From positions 496,001-560,000 of the forward strand of contig NIVC01000023.1 in NCBI GenBank assembly GCA_002269645.1: 64,000 bases of DNA. Direction: 5' to 3'. The stretch's first letter is position 1; every line of letters begins with the position of its first letter. The position numbers were made by a program, and so were the translations under genes. Shown piece by piece: positions 13,400 to 31,700 of the stretch. The notes beneath the pieces are model-generated. The model worked only from the letters and a program-made list of their open reading frames with translations. It was not told the DNA's origin and made no database searches. The stretch is from Macrostomum lignano (taxonomy: Eukaryota).

Positions 13400-13860
13400 C
13401 CAATGAATTATCAGACACTTCACTGTCTAGCTAATTAGCTTACTGAATAAAAATGAGGTACCAAGAAATTACCATAGACATTTCACTTAGGCTGGCTAAC
13501 TGAATAAAACTGAGACCAAGAAATTACCATAGACATTTCAGATAGATTAGCTCACTGAATGACCAATGAATTACCAGAGACAATAGGTGTTCCAGTTGGA
13601 TTAGCTCACTGGATACAGCTGAGACTGAGAAATTACCATAGATATTCCTGATAGATTAGCTCACTGAATAAAACAAAGACCAAGGAATTACCATAAACAT
13701 TCCAGTTGGGTTAGTTTGCTTATTAGATACAACTTGGACCAGGGAATTACCATAGACAATCCAGCTGGGCTAACATATAATATCCTATACAAAACCTAAA
13801 CATCAATAAAAGCATTCCAAATCAATACAAATCAGAATCATCATAGACATTCCAATTGGC
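13400..13860. repeat. Degenerate tandem repeat of about 55-60 bp (core GAAATTACCATAGACATT...GATTAGCTCACTGAATA)
   Basis: About 7 diverged copies of the core. Confidence 0.7.
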
Positions 13861-14449
13861 TAACTGACACTAGCTAGAATCAATATCTAAGCATCATTTT
13901 AAGTTTAATAATTATAAATATTATAATTAGCTTATTTATTAGTATTAGCCATAATCATTAAACATGATTCATTATTATATACCAATGTTGGAATATATGA
14001 ATCAAATGCTTAAGTTTTATAATTGGCTTGTAATTTTTTACTTTATTTTTCATTAGCAATCTTGATGTTCTAGGTTTATCCCACATGACTTTATTAAAGT
14101 AAAGGTTCTGACATTAGATATCTGGCAAAAACAACATTTTGCTAGCACACTGGCATCTTTTTGAAAATCTAAAAATGCATTGACATCCTATCAAGTATAG
14201 AAATGGGCAAACCCTGATTTTTAATTATAGTTATATGTAGCTTTGTTTTGTTATTCTTTAAGCCATAGAAAAATACTTTTATTAAAATTAAATTTGAGGT
14301 TTTTAGATTACCAATAATGTTTCACTATTAGGATTGCTTTTATATAAAAGAGAATCAATATAGATCCTTATCTATATCATCCTTATCTATTCATCTAATC
14401 TAATAAAATCTCAATATTAAAGTATCTATACATATATATTATAATAAAT

Positions 14450-15267
14450 GAGGGGCATCTGGAAAGTAGTGTTACTATTACTCAGTGTGGACCTATGGAA
14501 AGTTGCACTTGCATGAGTTTTGTGTCATTTGAAAGTGGCAAGTCTCTTCTTTAAATGACACCAATTGCAAGAGATTTGAATATGTGCTTCAAGAGATATG
14601 GATAATTAAGTAGAGAAAGGTCAGTCATAGACTTACATAAGCTGTGTCTACAGAAAACTTATTAATCACTCCAAGAAAATCCAAACAACACAACAAAAGT
14701 ACAGTAAAAAACAGGTGATAACAGATGATAACAAGCAAAATTGTTATACAAGCAAACAATGTTAAAATAACTCATTGGTTGGCAGAGTTGTCTTCTCAAT
14801 GTAGTCACCACCAGACATGACACACTTCTCCGATTGGTCTCACATCTTGTCAATGGTGTCTACATCCAGAGTTCTTGGAATCTGGTGCAACAGGACCCTA
14901 ACCTTGCTCTCCAATTGATTGCAACTATTATGGACTTAGCACAGCAACTGCAGTCTTAGTTTTCTGAGGCAGCCCCTCTCATTTACTACATCAAATTTGG
15001 CCATAGACAGTTTATGCATGCGAGAAAAATTGATAAAAATTCAAGCTGAATGCTATTTTTAGCTTAAATTTTAGCTTGTGTAAGTCTATGACTGACCTTT
15101 CTCTACTTAATTATCCATATCTCTTGAAGCACATATTCAAATCTCTTGCAATTGCTATCATTTTAAATAAGAGACTTGCTGCTTTCAAATGACACCAAAC
15201 TCATGCAAGTGCAACTTTCCATACATCCACACCAAGTAATAGTAATACTACTTTCTAGACGCCCCTC
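14450..15267 (-). mobile_element. Mariner-type deletion derivative with ~195-bp TIRs
   Basis: Inverted arms at 14450-14643 and 15073-15267 with GAGGGG termini. The internal minus-strand remnant EKCVMSGGDYIEK (about 14792-14829) matches the mariner transposase C-terminal motif. The TSD has decayed. Confidence 0.75.
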
Positions 15268-15429
15268 TATGTTAAATTTTACTTTTTTATATGTTAAATA
15301 TGACACAAATATGTTACTTTTGAAAATAGTCATGTAATAAAAAAAGCTATAACACTTTTTATACATTAAAATTTCAATATTTTTATAATGCATTGTGCTT
15401 ACTGACCACTATGATCATTTTTGCCTAAA

Positions 15430-17052
15430 GGCCCATTCCATATAAGATAGACATCTTTGAAAAATAGAAAAAAGTCAATATTTTTGCTTGTCATTGCCTT
15501 ATCAGCCAATTTTTTACCTAATCTTTTTTATATGTAATGTATACAATCTAAGAATAAATAAATGATACGAGGGGTGTCCCAAAAGTTCCTGGAATGTCTA
15601 ACATAGCTCTTCAACAGAGCCATGAAATTTCACGCCCATGGTATCAAATGAAAGGAAATTTTGTCACAAAGAATACAAAAATAAAATCATGTTGATATCT
15701 TTTTTATTCAAGAGCTATAGCAAGAAACTTGCGCAAAGGTCAGGGGTAGTGTTACACAACCTCAACAATCTATGGCAATAATTTTTTCATCTCCATTTTT
15801 GGAATTTTTCATTTTGAATTCATTCACAGCAGACTGGCCATCTCTAAAGCATTCGATCCATCCGTAAATTGCAGCTTTTTTCAGGCTGTTCTCACCGTGG
15901 ATGGAGAATAAGTGGTCAGAAATCTTGGCTCCACTCCATCCTACTGACCAAAGGGCAAAAACTTGACTTTGCTGACTTTCAAGGCTCTGAAGAAAACTCA
16001 TTTTCGCAAAAAAATTTCAAGTTGAAAGCAAGCGCTTGATACGAATTATCTGCACTCGCGCAAAAGCTCAGATTAGCTTTATGAGCATTTCTGCTTTTTT
16101 CCATAGACACTACCACGTCTTTCTGACACGTCAGTAGCACGAATTCAAAATGAAAAACTCCAAAAATGGAGATGAAAAAATTATTGCCATAGATTGTTGA
16201 GGTTGTGTAACACTACCCCTGACCTTTGCGCACGTTTCTTGCTGTAGCTCTTGAATAAAAAAAGATATCAACATGATTTTAACTTTGTATTCTTTGTGAC
16301 AAAATTTCTTTTCATTTGACACCATGGGCGTGAAATTTCATGGCTCTGTTGAAGAGCTATGTTAGACATTCCGGGAACTTTTGGGACACCCCTCGTAAAA
16401 TGTTGGATTAGTATGTTATCAATTGGCAAAAAGTTATTTTTGTAAAAAAAATTGGACATTTTCTAAGAAAAAGACATCATTAAGTTTATGTACCTTTTAA
16501 AAACAAATAGAAAGCTTTAGAAAGTTAAAACAAACTATGTATTAAATTATAGTAGGCCTACTTGCATCATCAGATAAAAACATTAGCAACCATATAATTT
16601 ATTATATTTTGAATATATTAATGCCTCAAAGTTACTGAATTGACAGAAAAAAAAATGTTATGACCATAATGTTATGACCATAAGGCTGCCTTTTCTTTTG
16701 TATATTTGTTGCCTTTTTGAGTTTATATATTCTAATAAAGAGTATGACTTCTAAAGATGTTCTTAGTCAAATTAAAAAAAATTATTGCAAAATATTAAAA
16801 ATGAAAAATGTTATAAGACTTTTACCTTTTTAGTCTCTATATGTTAAAAATCTTGTTGTTACGACCATAAGTGCCATTCAAGGTTTAATAGCATCTATAC
16901 TATTGATGATATCTATATGAAACTTTATAAACATATTCTTGACAAAATAATCTTTCATTCCAAATATTGGTTTAGTATATTCTATTATTAGATTTCATTT
17001 TATAAGTAAAAATAGTCTGTCATGTTACAACCATAATTATATGGAATGGCCC
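15430..17052. mobile_element. Non-autonomous DNA element (16-bp TIR, 4-bp TSD TAAA; Kolobok/Sola-like by inference), interrupted by the mariner MITE
   Basis: Left end GGCCCATTCCATATAA versus right-end reverse complement GGGCCATTCCATATAA (15/16). TAAA flanks both sides (15426-15429, 17053-17056). Subterminal TTATGACCATAA-like repeats are present. Confidence 0.5.
15568..16395 (-). mobile_element. Mariner MITE with ~255-bp TIRs and TA TSD
   Basis: TA|CGAGGGGTGTCCC ... GGGACACCCCTCG|TA, with arms at 15568-15821 and 16141-16395. The internal minus ORF from 16001 (GWSGAKISDHLFSIHGENSLKKAAIYGWIECFRDG) resembles the mariner N-terminal HTH. Confidence 0.85.
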
Positions 17053-17661
17053 TAAACATGGTTTTTCTATTAATATTTTATATCTAAAGCTGAGCAAGCT
17101 GGCCATCTAGCCTGATTTAATATGTATCCCTAGATGGTCCAGTAATTCAAATATGAAATTTATATATAAATATAGAATTATCCTATGCAAATTTATTGAA
17201 ATATAAGTGTAGAAAACCTGCAAACATGCAACATGGGGTCTAAAATTATAGCTCAAAAATGTGAGGCAACATAGAACATGTTTGCATTGAATTTTTGTAC
17301 CAAATATAGGTGTAGTACTAATTAGATAACAAAGGCATTTAGCCTTTAGGAAAACAAACTCGCACTTTTTCAATGTATTTGTTGAATAAGTCTAAGTGGT
17401 CATTTAAAAACAACCATAGTCATAGTTACTCTTGCAATTTACTAGAAAATGGCATTGCACTACAAAACCACCTGTCTTTACTCTAGCTACAACATGCCAC
17501 TAGAAAATTCTGAAATTGCAATGGATGGTTGGATGCCTTTTGTTCACTTATTCCAATAGGGTATATAACAATTTTGCCTACTTTAATATAGAAAATTTAA
17601 TAAAAAAGTTAGTTAAAAAAAGTAGATTTATCATGTTATTTAAAAATGGTAAAGAGGAGAT

Positions 17662-18471
17662 TGTCATGTTATTGGCGTAGTGGCTAGGGCCCTTAAAAGG
17701 GCCGTTTGACGAGAATTATTGCAAGTCGTTGTAGTCCCAAAATGAATCGAAGTCAATTCTTGCAAAGCGGATGGTGTAGCGGAGCACTTGGCGGATAAGG
17801 GCAGGAAACTGCCGTAGTTAATTTATTGTTGAGATCAATATTAGAAATGGTTAATGTCAATACAAAACTTATTGTGCTTGGGACACTGGCGGCTGCAACA
17901 ATGGTTTTGAAGGTAATTTAGAATTATGAAGTCGAGTAGCAGACAAAAGATACAATGGTGATGCAACATGGTGGGTGATGGCAATGAGCACAGTGGAAGC
18001 AGCGAGTAATAAGTAGATGGGCAGATAGTAGCGGCGAGAATGGCGTTAGCTGTGGCAGTACACAGTGGAGTAATGGTATGTAACAGGCGGCCCAGACAGA
18101 GGAGCTGCGGCAAGAGATAAGGAGGCTCGAGGCAGCCAGGCAAGAGAAAGGGAGGTGCAAAGGAGACAAGCGAAGACCCCCCAGCCCACCGCCAGGCAGG
18201 GGTTAATAAAGAGCACAGAGGGCTAGCAATATACACGCGGAGAATTTTCATTGGCTGGCAAGAGAACTTGAAATTATCAATTGTACTAAATTTTACAGAC
18301 GAACGCAAGGTCTACCAAATACACAGTGAATTAGCAATTGATACAGATTAGTTGCATGCTACTACAAGTAAACATTAAAATAAACCATTGGAGAAATTTA
18401 AGTGAGAAATTGCAAGGGAAACTACAGTCCAATGGCCCTTTTGCGGGACCACTTTAACTAGCAATGTCACA
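17662..18471. mobile_element. Solo LTR (810 bp), 4-bp TSD AGAT
   Basis: TGTCATG...TGTCACA termini with imperfect terminal inverted repeats, and AGAT at 17658-17661 and 18472-18475. No internal domain is present. Confidence 0.65.
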
Positions 18472-18918
18472 AGATAGTCTATCAATTTATAACTACAACA
18501 AACTTTGTATTTATCATGTGACTTATTTAACTAGATAGGCAATATGAATAATGATAAAGCATTTAAAACTTGCTATAGTTTGGATTTCTTTTTATTTTAC
18601 AACCTTTTTATTGCTGATAGACTATGCATTTGTAAATATCTATCTACAGGCCATTATCTACATGCTAACACTAGCTATATCAAAACTTGGTGGGGCAGGG
18701 GCTTTCCTCATTTCCAAAGGTCCACATGACTGACTAGTGCTTGCTTTTGGGGTTGTATAGGCCTAAATAAATCCAGGTCTTATTGCCTATGAGGATATCC
18801 CAGATTCAAATTTCTGTAGTCATGAATTGGCACCAAGCTACTTTAGTATCCTTCTGCATGTCTGACTGACAACTGATGGGAGATCCACTGGGTGGGAAGC
18901 CAGTTTCTACACCTTAAG

Positions 18919-19299
18919 TAGAGGTCGGACGGGATCCCGATCCCGATCCCGAAATCTCGGGATCCCGAGGAAAATTGAATTCCTGCGGGACCAGAATCCC
19001 GACCCTAAAAAAGTCGAGATTCGGGAACAGGTCTTTCGATTAATAATTTATAGAATTAGTGATTACTTAAAGGTATTTTGCTTCAACTTGTACTCATTAT
19101 ATTATTTACTTTGTTGGTTACAAAACTTCATATCAATTTTGTTGTGTTTTACTTCTTGATCTTGACAATCTTTTCTCAATTTTGTTTAACTTTACATGGA
19201 CAATACACTAAAAGACCTGATCCCGATTCCCGAATCCCGATCCCAAGAAAAAAATTATTCCCGATCCCGCCCAAAGATTTCAATCCCGTCCGACCTCTA
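18919..19299. mobile_element. hAT-type MITE, copy 1 (8-bp TSD ACCTTAAG)
   Basis: TIR TAGAGGTCGGACGGGAT/ATCCCGTCCGACCTCTA, 8-bp TSD at 18911-18918 and 19300-19307, subterminal ATCCCG repeats. Confidence 0.9.
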
Positions 19300-20873
19300 A
19301 CCTTAAGGTGTTCTGTTCATGCAGAATGGTGTGCACACTCCCATCTCAATCCTAATCCTAATCTCCTGCTGGATCTGCTGGTAGGCCTAGGTAGTGGCAG
19401 TGCCGTAGTGGTAGGTTAGGCCTACTCGCCAAAATCTAAATCTAAGATATGAACCTACTGGGCTACTGGACTGGCTGGCTTCTGGCTACTATTATTCATA
19501 ATCATATAATAAAACATAATATTTACAAATTAACATTAAAATGCTTTAGTCTTAAGGTTTCAACTTGTAATTGAACTTATTGAGTTATTCACTAAAATTG
19601 TTATTATTATTGTACAATAAAAAATAGTTTGCCACACTGTCAGTGTCTGTGGCGTCACTGAAAATGGTAATGCAATACGCAAGGAGTCAAGGACTAGGAC
19701 TAATCAAGTAGGCCTACTTGCAGACTCAAGTTGAGTAGGCCTAGTCCTTGGCAATAAGTTCAACGCTTTAAATTTAATAATATAGAACAAAGGGGGCCTA
19801 ATCATAAAAGTGAACATTATTCAAAATTCACTTAAATGCGTGAATGCTTTTAAATGCAACACACTGGCCGGCCCGGCAGGCCGGTTGTCTGTTTGACGGA
19901 TTAAAATTGCACAAGTTCGAAAAATGTAGGCATTAATATTGTTAAAACCCGTAGTTTAGAAAACAAAGTAGTTTAAAAAACCTATATTAGAACTTAGGTT
20001 TAAAATTTTAAAATATTTTTATAAAATATGTTTTAGCATTTTGTTTTAGCGTCTCGTTAATTAAACATTGCGCGAATTTGATATTAGTTGTTTTGTTGAT
20101 TTTTAAACCAAAATCAATTCAAGCTGATATATGGCGCGATATCTGTCTCTCTGGTTCAGCTTTTATTAGCGTTAGGCATGGATTGAAGTTAACTTTCCTA
20201 CTTTCGATCATTTTTAGGACCTTTAGTTCCTAAGAGTTTTATTATAAAACAATTCTCAATAGCTCACCAAAGTAGGTCTGTCTAAGCTCATCATTTTGTC
20301 GTAATTGTAACAAGGCTCTGTCTAAGCCTCTTGATCTTTACAATTTTTTCTGTGACACTATTTAGCTATTAAAATACACATGCAGTTTTCATTTGCTTCT
20401 GCCATGTCAGAAAACTGTTCTTAATTTTAGAAAATTAACTATTTTTCACCCTGTGTCCTGTGATCTTTTTCTACAAATCTTACAAAATATATTTAAACTT
20501 AGTCTGAAACTGACTAATTTTAAAATTCTCTACAATAGAATGCTGTATTTTATCGTTGGCTTACTTTATCAATAAAAAACTAATTTGACCACATTGCAAT
20601 TACAATCCACAAGAGTACATTAGGTTACTTTTCAAGGCCAGGGGGAACTCATTTTATAAATTTGGATTTTTTATTGCACATTCTTTATGAATTATAAATA
20701 TTAAAGCCTGATACTAGCCTAATCAAGACTAAAAACCTGATATTTCAATTTCATAGTTCATAACTAATTTATATAGCTATAGCTAGGCACATTTTTTACT
20801 TTTGCTAAAATAATCCTTTTTAAATAACTTTTTTTAAAAATTTAAAATACTTTTGTCCAAATTTTAGCCAACT

Positions 20874-26307
<5,434 letters not shown>

Positions 26308-28765
26308 TGCAATTGTCAAAGCCGCGAGTCAATTAATTATTCTCAATATTCGCAAGTTGTTTATCGAAAACAGCTAAGTCAGAAATTCTTCATCTATAAA
26401 GAATTGTTTTATGGATATTTATAATTATTGTCTCATTAACATCTAAGCTCATAGTTTTGTAGTTATTGTATTTTATGATAGTTTTAATAATTGTTGTAAT
26501 AGTCTGTGCAGTACTGTTTAAGCTTGTTAGCTATCAATATATTAACCAGTTATATTTCTGCAGTGTTATACTACCAACAGAGACTTAACGGTTGTGTTAA
26601 TCGATTTTAACCAATTATTGATAATCAAATTAAAAACTTTTCCTAGAATTATCCTTTGTTATTTATTTGGAACAACAAATGCATTCGAATTAATTGTTGT
26701 GTACTTCTGCGTTGTTTGTTTTTGTATTGTGCTTTTAATGAACATAATTTTTGCTGAGCAGTTACTCGTCAGTTGAATATTCTGTGACACCTAGTTTTAG
26801 CTTTACTTTATAAAACTGGATTATCCTATGTACTTTGTGATCTTTCTAAAAGTGCATTCCGAAGTACAGCTGATCGATTTTTTCTGCTTTAAATTTCCCA
26901 TCATTTTAAGTTGTGATGTCATTTTATTTAGTTCTTGAAAGTAGAGATTTTAACTTTTTTCGGTTTCATTTAGACAAACTTCTAAAAATATCTACGGAAA
27001 TTAATCCCGATTTCGGTGTTGTGGCTTTTCTGTTTTATGTCCGTGTTGCATTTCTTCCTATACTACTATTATACATATATACGTGTTTATCAATATCCTT
27101 TATGTCACCACCGTTTGGTATATTATTCTTTCAATTTTGTTTAATAATTTTAATTTTTATGCTTGTTTATTCGACATATTTTGTTTTTGTTTTGGGACTT
27201 TTTTATTCCGTTATAAAATAATAAATTATAAATAAGGCACAACTCCTTACTGAGTGTTTATTGAAAAGTTTGTAGGCTCGTGTTATCTGAAAATTACATA
27301 AAATGTCACCTTAAACCTTAAAATTGGACTAATTAAAAATCGAATACTTTTACTACCGGTAGACTATAGTTATGATTTTATCTTTCAACGTATTTTTCCT
27401 ATAGTTCCACAAAATAAAAGTTTCAAGGGTGTAAACATAAAGAGGATACTAGATAGAAAAATTATCTAATTTAATTCCGAGTTTTTGAGCATTTAAATAT
27501 TCCGAGGAACGATCGAAGTTCAGAATGAGTTTTTAAATAAAAATTTATTCACGATGTACTTTTCAGCTTAAGCCGTCGGTTTTGGGCACCGCAGATCTAG
27601 CTTGCATTGCAAGAGTTATTAATGTCAGAACTTTTTTTCCTTGATGTCTTCGTACATATTTTTGATGTTAAAACATTTACCGGTATTATTAAAATAAAAA
27701 ACAAAGCAAGCCTACAGGCATCAGATGACGCAAATTTATTATTTAGCCGTGACGTGACAGCTTTCTGTTGCATTCGAAATGTGCATGAGAGAGTTTTGGC
27801 CTTTAGATTCCGCAGCCTTTTTGTAATTTCGTCTAAATATTGGTGTTAGTTTAAACAAAAATAGCAGCAAAAATAAAGCAGATAGTATCTGCCTGCAAGT
27901 GCATTATGACTGAGCACAATAGTATAATTATATGCATTACATTACATAATGATAAAGTGCAATTGTCATAAAAATTAACAAAAAATTGTCGGTCCATTTA
28001 AAAAACAAAGAAAATGCTAAAATTGACACGTCTAAATAGCCAGTATAAAAAATGAATCATGCACTACTGCTAGTAGAGCGATACGCAAAGCACCTACTAA
28101 GTGGAGCATTTTTGGCAGTTGAAAAAAGTGAAATAATGTAAAAAGCAAATAAAAATATTATTGCTACATGCGATCATTGCTAATTAAAATACAATATGAA
28201 ATATAAATTATAATATAGAAGCATGCGGGAACAGCCTTAAATTCGGAAAAAACGATAAAGTTTTCTATACTATATAATACAGGCATTTTACACGTTCACG
28301 CCGACTTAGGTTTGCTGCATGGCTAATTATAAACCTTAACACAAAGACTAGACTAGAGATAATATTTAATAAGTTAAACTTGCAAATAAGTTTGATAAAT
28401 AAAGAAACTAAAATAGTAAGTTAACTGTTAAGAAACACGTTATCTGTAATTTATCATTCCTCTTTAATTAACCAGAGATTCATTATTCCATAAAGAAATC
28501 TCACCCGATTGTTTTACTTTTCTAAGAAATCTTAACCGATATTTTTTACTTTTATAAAAAACCTCACCCGATTTTTTTTCAATTTTTGACTTTTCAAAGA
28601 AATCCCACTGAAACTTAGCTTTTCTAAGAAAACTCAGATATTTTTATCGCCTCATAAAATTTCACCTACGATTTTGTATCATCCCAAGAAATCAAACCCG
28701 AGATTTTTTATCATCACAAGAAATAAGTGAAAAAAGAACAAGTCCACTGATTTACAGTTATTAAA

Positions 28766-31700
28766 TTACAGCTCGTCATCCTCCGAGGTCAGACTGGCCG
28801 CATCGGGCGACCCAACCAGATGCGGCGTCGGCGGCGGCAGCTGCGGCGTTCTCCGACATCCTTCGTTGTCGTCGTCATCGTTGCCAGCAATGGCAGCCGC
28901 TCGGCGTTTCCGGCCGCCGCTGCTTCCGGCGCTGCCGGCTACGCCGACTATGCTGGCCCGTCGACGACGCGCGGCGCTGCTCAACAGCCAGGACGTGTCG
29001 CCAGCGGCGAATCCGCCAGCGACCAGCTGAGTGGGCGAAATCTGGCGGGGTTGAACAGCAGGGCTCAGATTAGCTGCTATATATTTGCCTAATATATTTG
29101 GCTAGTTTTCCAATGTGGATCACACAGAAACAGTAAGATACATACAATGACCCTAGACTAAAAGGTCATGCAATGACCCTAGACTAAAAGGTCACGCAAT
29201 GACCCTAGACTTAAAGGTCATGCAATGACCCTAGACTAAAAGGTCACGCAATGACCCTAGACTAAAAGGTCATGCAATGACCCTAGACTAAAAGGTCACG
29301 CAATGACCCTAGACTAAAAGGTCACGCAATGACCCTGGACTAAAAGGTCACGCAATGACCCTAGACTAAAAGGTCATGCAATTACCCTGGACTAAAAGGT
29401 CATGCAATGACCCTAGACTAAAAGGTCACGCAATGACCCTAGACTAAAAGGTCACGCAAGGACCCTAGACTTAAAGGTCACGCAATGACCCTAGACCTGA
29501 AAGGTCACGCTAACTCTAGAATCAGAGATCACACAATGACCCTAGTGTCTCTAGACACAAAGGTCGCACATAAAAATGGCCACAAGTTAGATCGCAACGG
29601 TTGGCTTGAATTCAACGGACGCTAAAACAGCTCACCTGAGACAGCATTTCGATGTCGTTAAATCGCACAGCGGAGCCTCCACCAGCGGTGGGGGTGACGG
29701 AGCCCTTGTACACCTCAGTGCGCAGGCCGCCGCTGCCGTCGGCAGTCTGGTGCGTCAGCACATAGTCCGTGGCCTTGCGAATGTCCCGAACCTCCAGTTT
29801 GGTGACGGATTTCCGCTTGCCCGGCACCTTGGCGCACAGCACAGTGCCGCTGGGTGTCTCGTGCTTGGCGTGGTGGTCCACCACCAGCTGCCCGGCGCTG
29901 CGGGACCTTCGGCTACGAGGATTCGATGGTGGCGGCGGCAGCTCTTGCGGCTGCGGCGGCGGCGCCTTCTGGCCGCTGGCGCCCGGGCTGAAGCGGCAGC
30001 GCAGGCGGCTGACGAGGCCCGGCGTTGGCGCGGCGGCTGCATCGGCGTTGAGCTGCTCCTGCGAGCGGCTGCGGCGGAGGCGTGGGCGGACCGCCGACTT
30101 CTGCACCGCGTCCTGCAGGGAGGGGCGGGTGGAGCTTGAGATGCTGCATCACACATGCCTTATCTCTGCTGCCCCAGCATCTTCCAAGCCTCATCTCTGC
30201 TGCCCCAGCATCTTCTAAGCCTCATCTCTGTTGCCACGGCATCCTCCATGCCTCATCTCTGCTGCCCCATCATTCTCCATGCCTCATCTATGCTGCCCCA
30301 GCATCCTCCATGCCTCATCTCTGCTGCCCCAGCATCCTCCATGCCTCATCTCTGCTGCCCCAGCATCCTCCATGCCTCATCTCTGCTGCCCCAGCATCTT
30401 CTAAGCCTCATCTCTGTTGCCCCAGCATCCTCCATGCCTCATCTATGCTGCCCCAGCATCCTCCATGCCTCATCTCTGCTGCCCCAGCATCCTCCATGCC
30501 TCATCTATGCTGCCTCAGCATCCTCCATGCCTCATCTCTGTTGCCACAGCATCCTCCGTGCCTCATCTTTACTGCCCCAGCATCTCCAGCTTCATCAATG
30601 CTCACCATGCGGTACTTGAACTGCTGCCCCAGCATCTCCAGCTTCAATTGCTCACCATGCGGTACTTGAACTGCTGCCCCAGCATCTCCAGCTTCAATTG
30701 CTCACCATGCGGTACTTGAACTGCTGCCCCAGCATCCCCAGCTTCATCAGTGCTCACCATGCGGTACTTAAACTGCTGCCCCAGCATCCCCAGCTTCATC
30801 AGTGCTCACCATGCGGTACTTGAACTGCTGCCCCAGCATCCCCAGCTTCATCAGTGCTCACCATGCGGTACTTAAACTGCTGCCCATCATCCCAGCTTCA
30901 TCAGTGCTCACCATGCGGTTCTTAAACTGCTGGCCCAGCAATCCCCAGCTTCATCAGTGCTCACCATGCGGTACTTGAACTGCTGCCCCAGCATCCCCAG
31001 CTGCATCAATGCTCACCATGCGGTACTTGAACTGCTGCCCCAGCATCCCCAGCTTCATCAGTGCTCACCATGCGGTACTTGAACTGGTCTCGCAGCCTCT
31101 CCTTGTCAGCCCGCTCCCTCCTCAGCTGGTTCTCCTGGTCCTCCAGTCTGCTCAGCAGTTCTTTCTTCCCCGTGTCCGCAGCTGCCCTGTCTTTGCACAG
31201 CCGCATCTCTGCGTTCCTCAGCCGCTTCTCCAGCCTCGCCTTCTCCGCCCGGTGCGCCGCCTGCAGCCGCTGCACCTCTTCGAGGAGGTCGCCGCTGCCG
31301 CTGCCGCCGTCCCAAGCGGCGTCCAGCTCGGCCCTGAAGAGCCGCGCCCGCTGCTCCCAGAGCTCCCACTGCGACTCCCGCAGCGAGCCGCCAGCTGCCG
31401 CGGTCGCCGAGTCCGGCGCTGACGGAGACACCGGCAGGATGCTGTCGAACTGCCACATGCGGCCGCCGCTGCCGTCCTCCGCCGACTCCGACGACGATGG
31501 CGGCGCCGACGGCACCTGCGGGCGCGGCGTTGCGGCCTGCCAGCGGGGCGTCTGCGGCACCTTGGAGCGGACGACCTGCGGGGATTGCGGAATATGGGCT
31601 TATGATGGGGATCAGCGATGAGGATAAGTGAAGGGGATCAGTGTTGGGGATCAGCGATGAGGATCAGCGATGAGGATCAGTGACAGGAATAAGTGATGGG

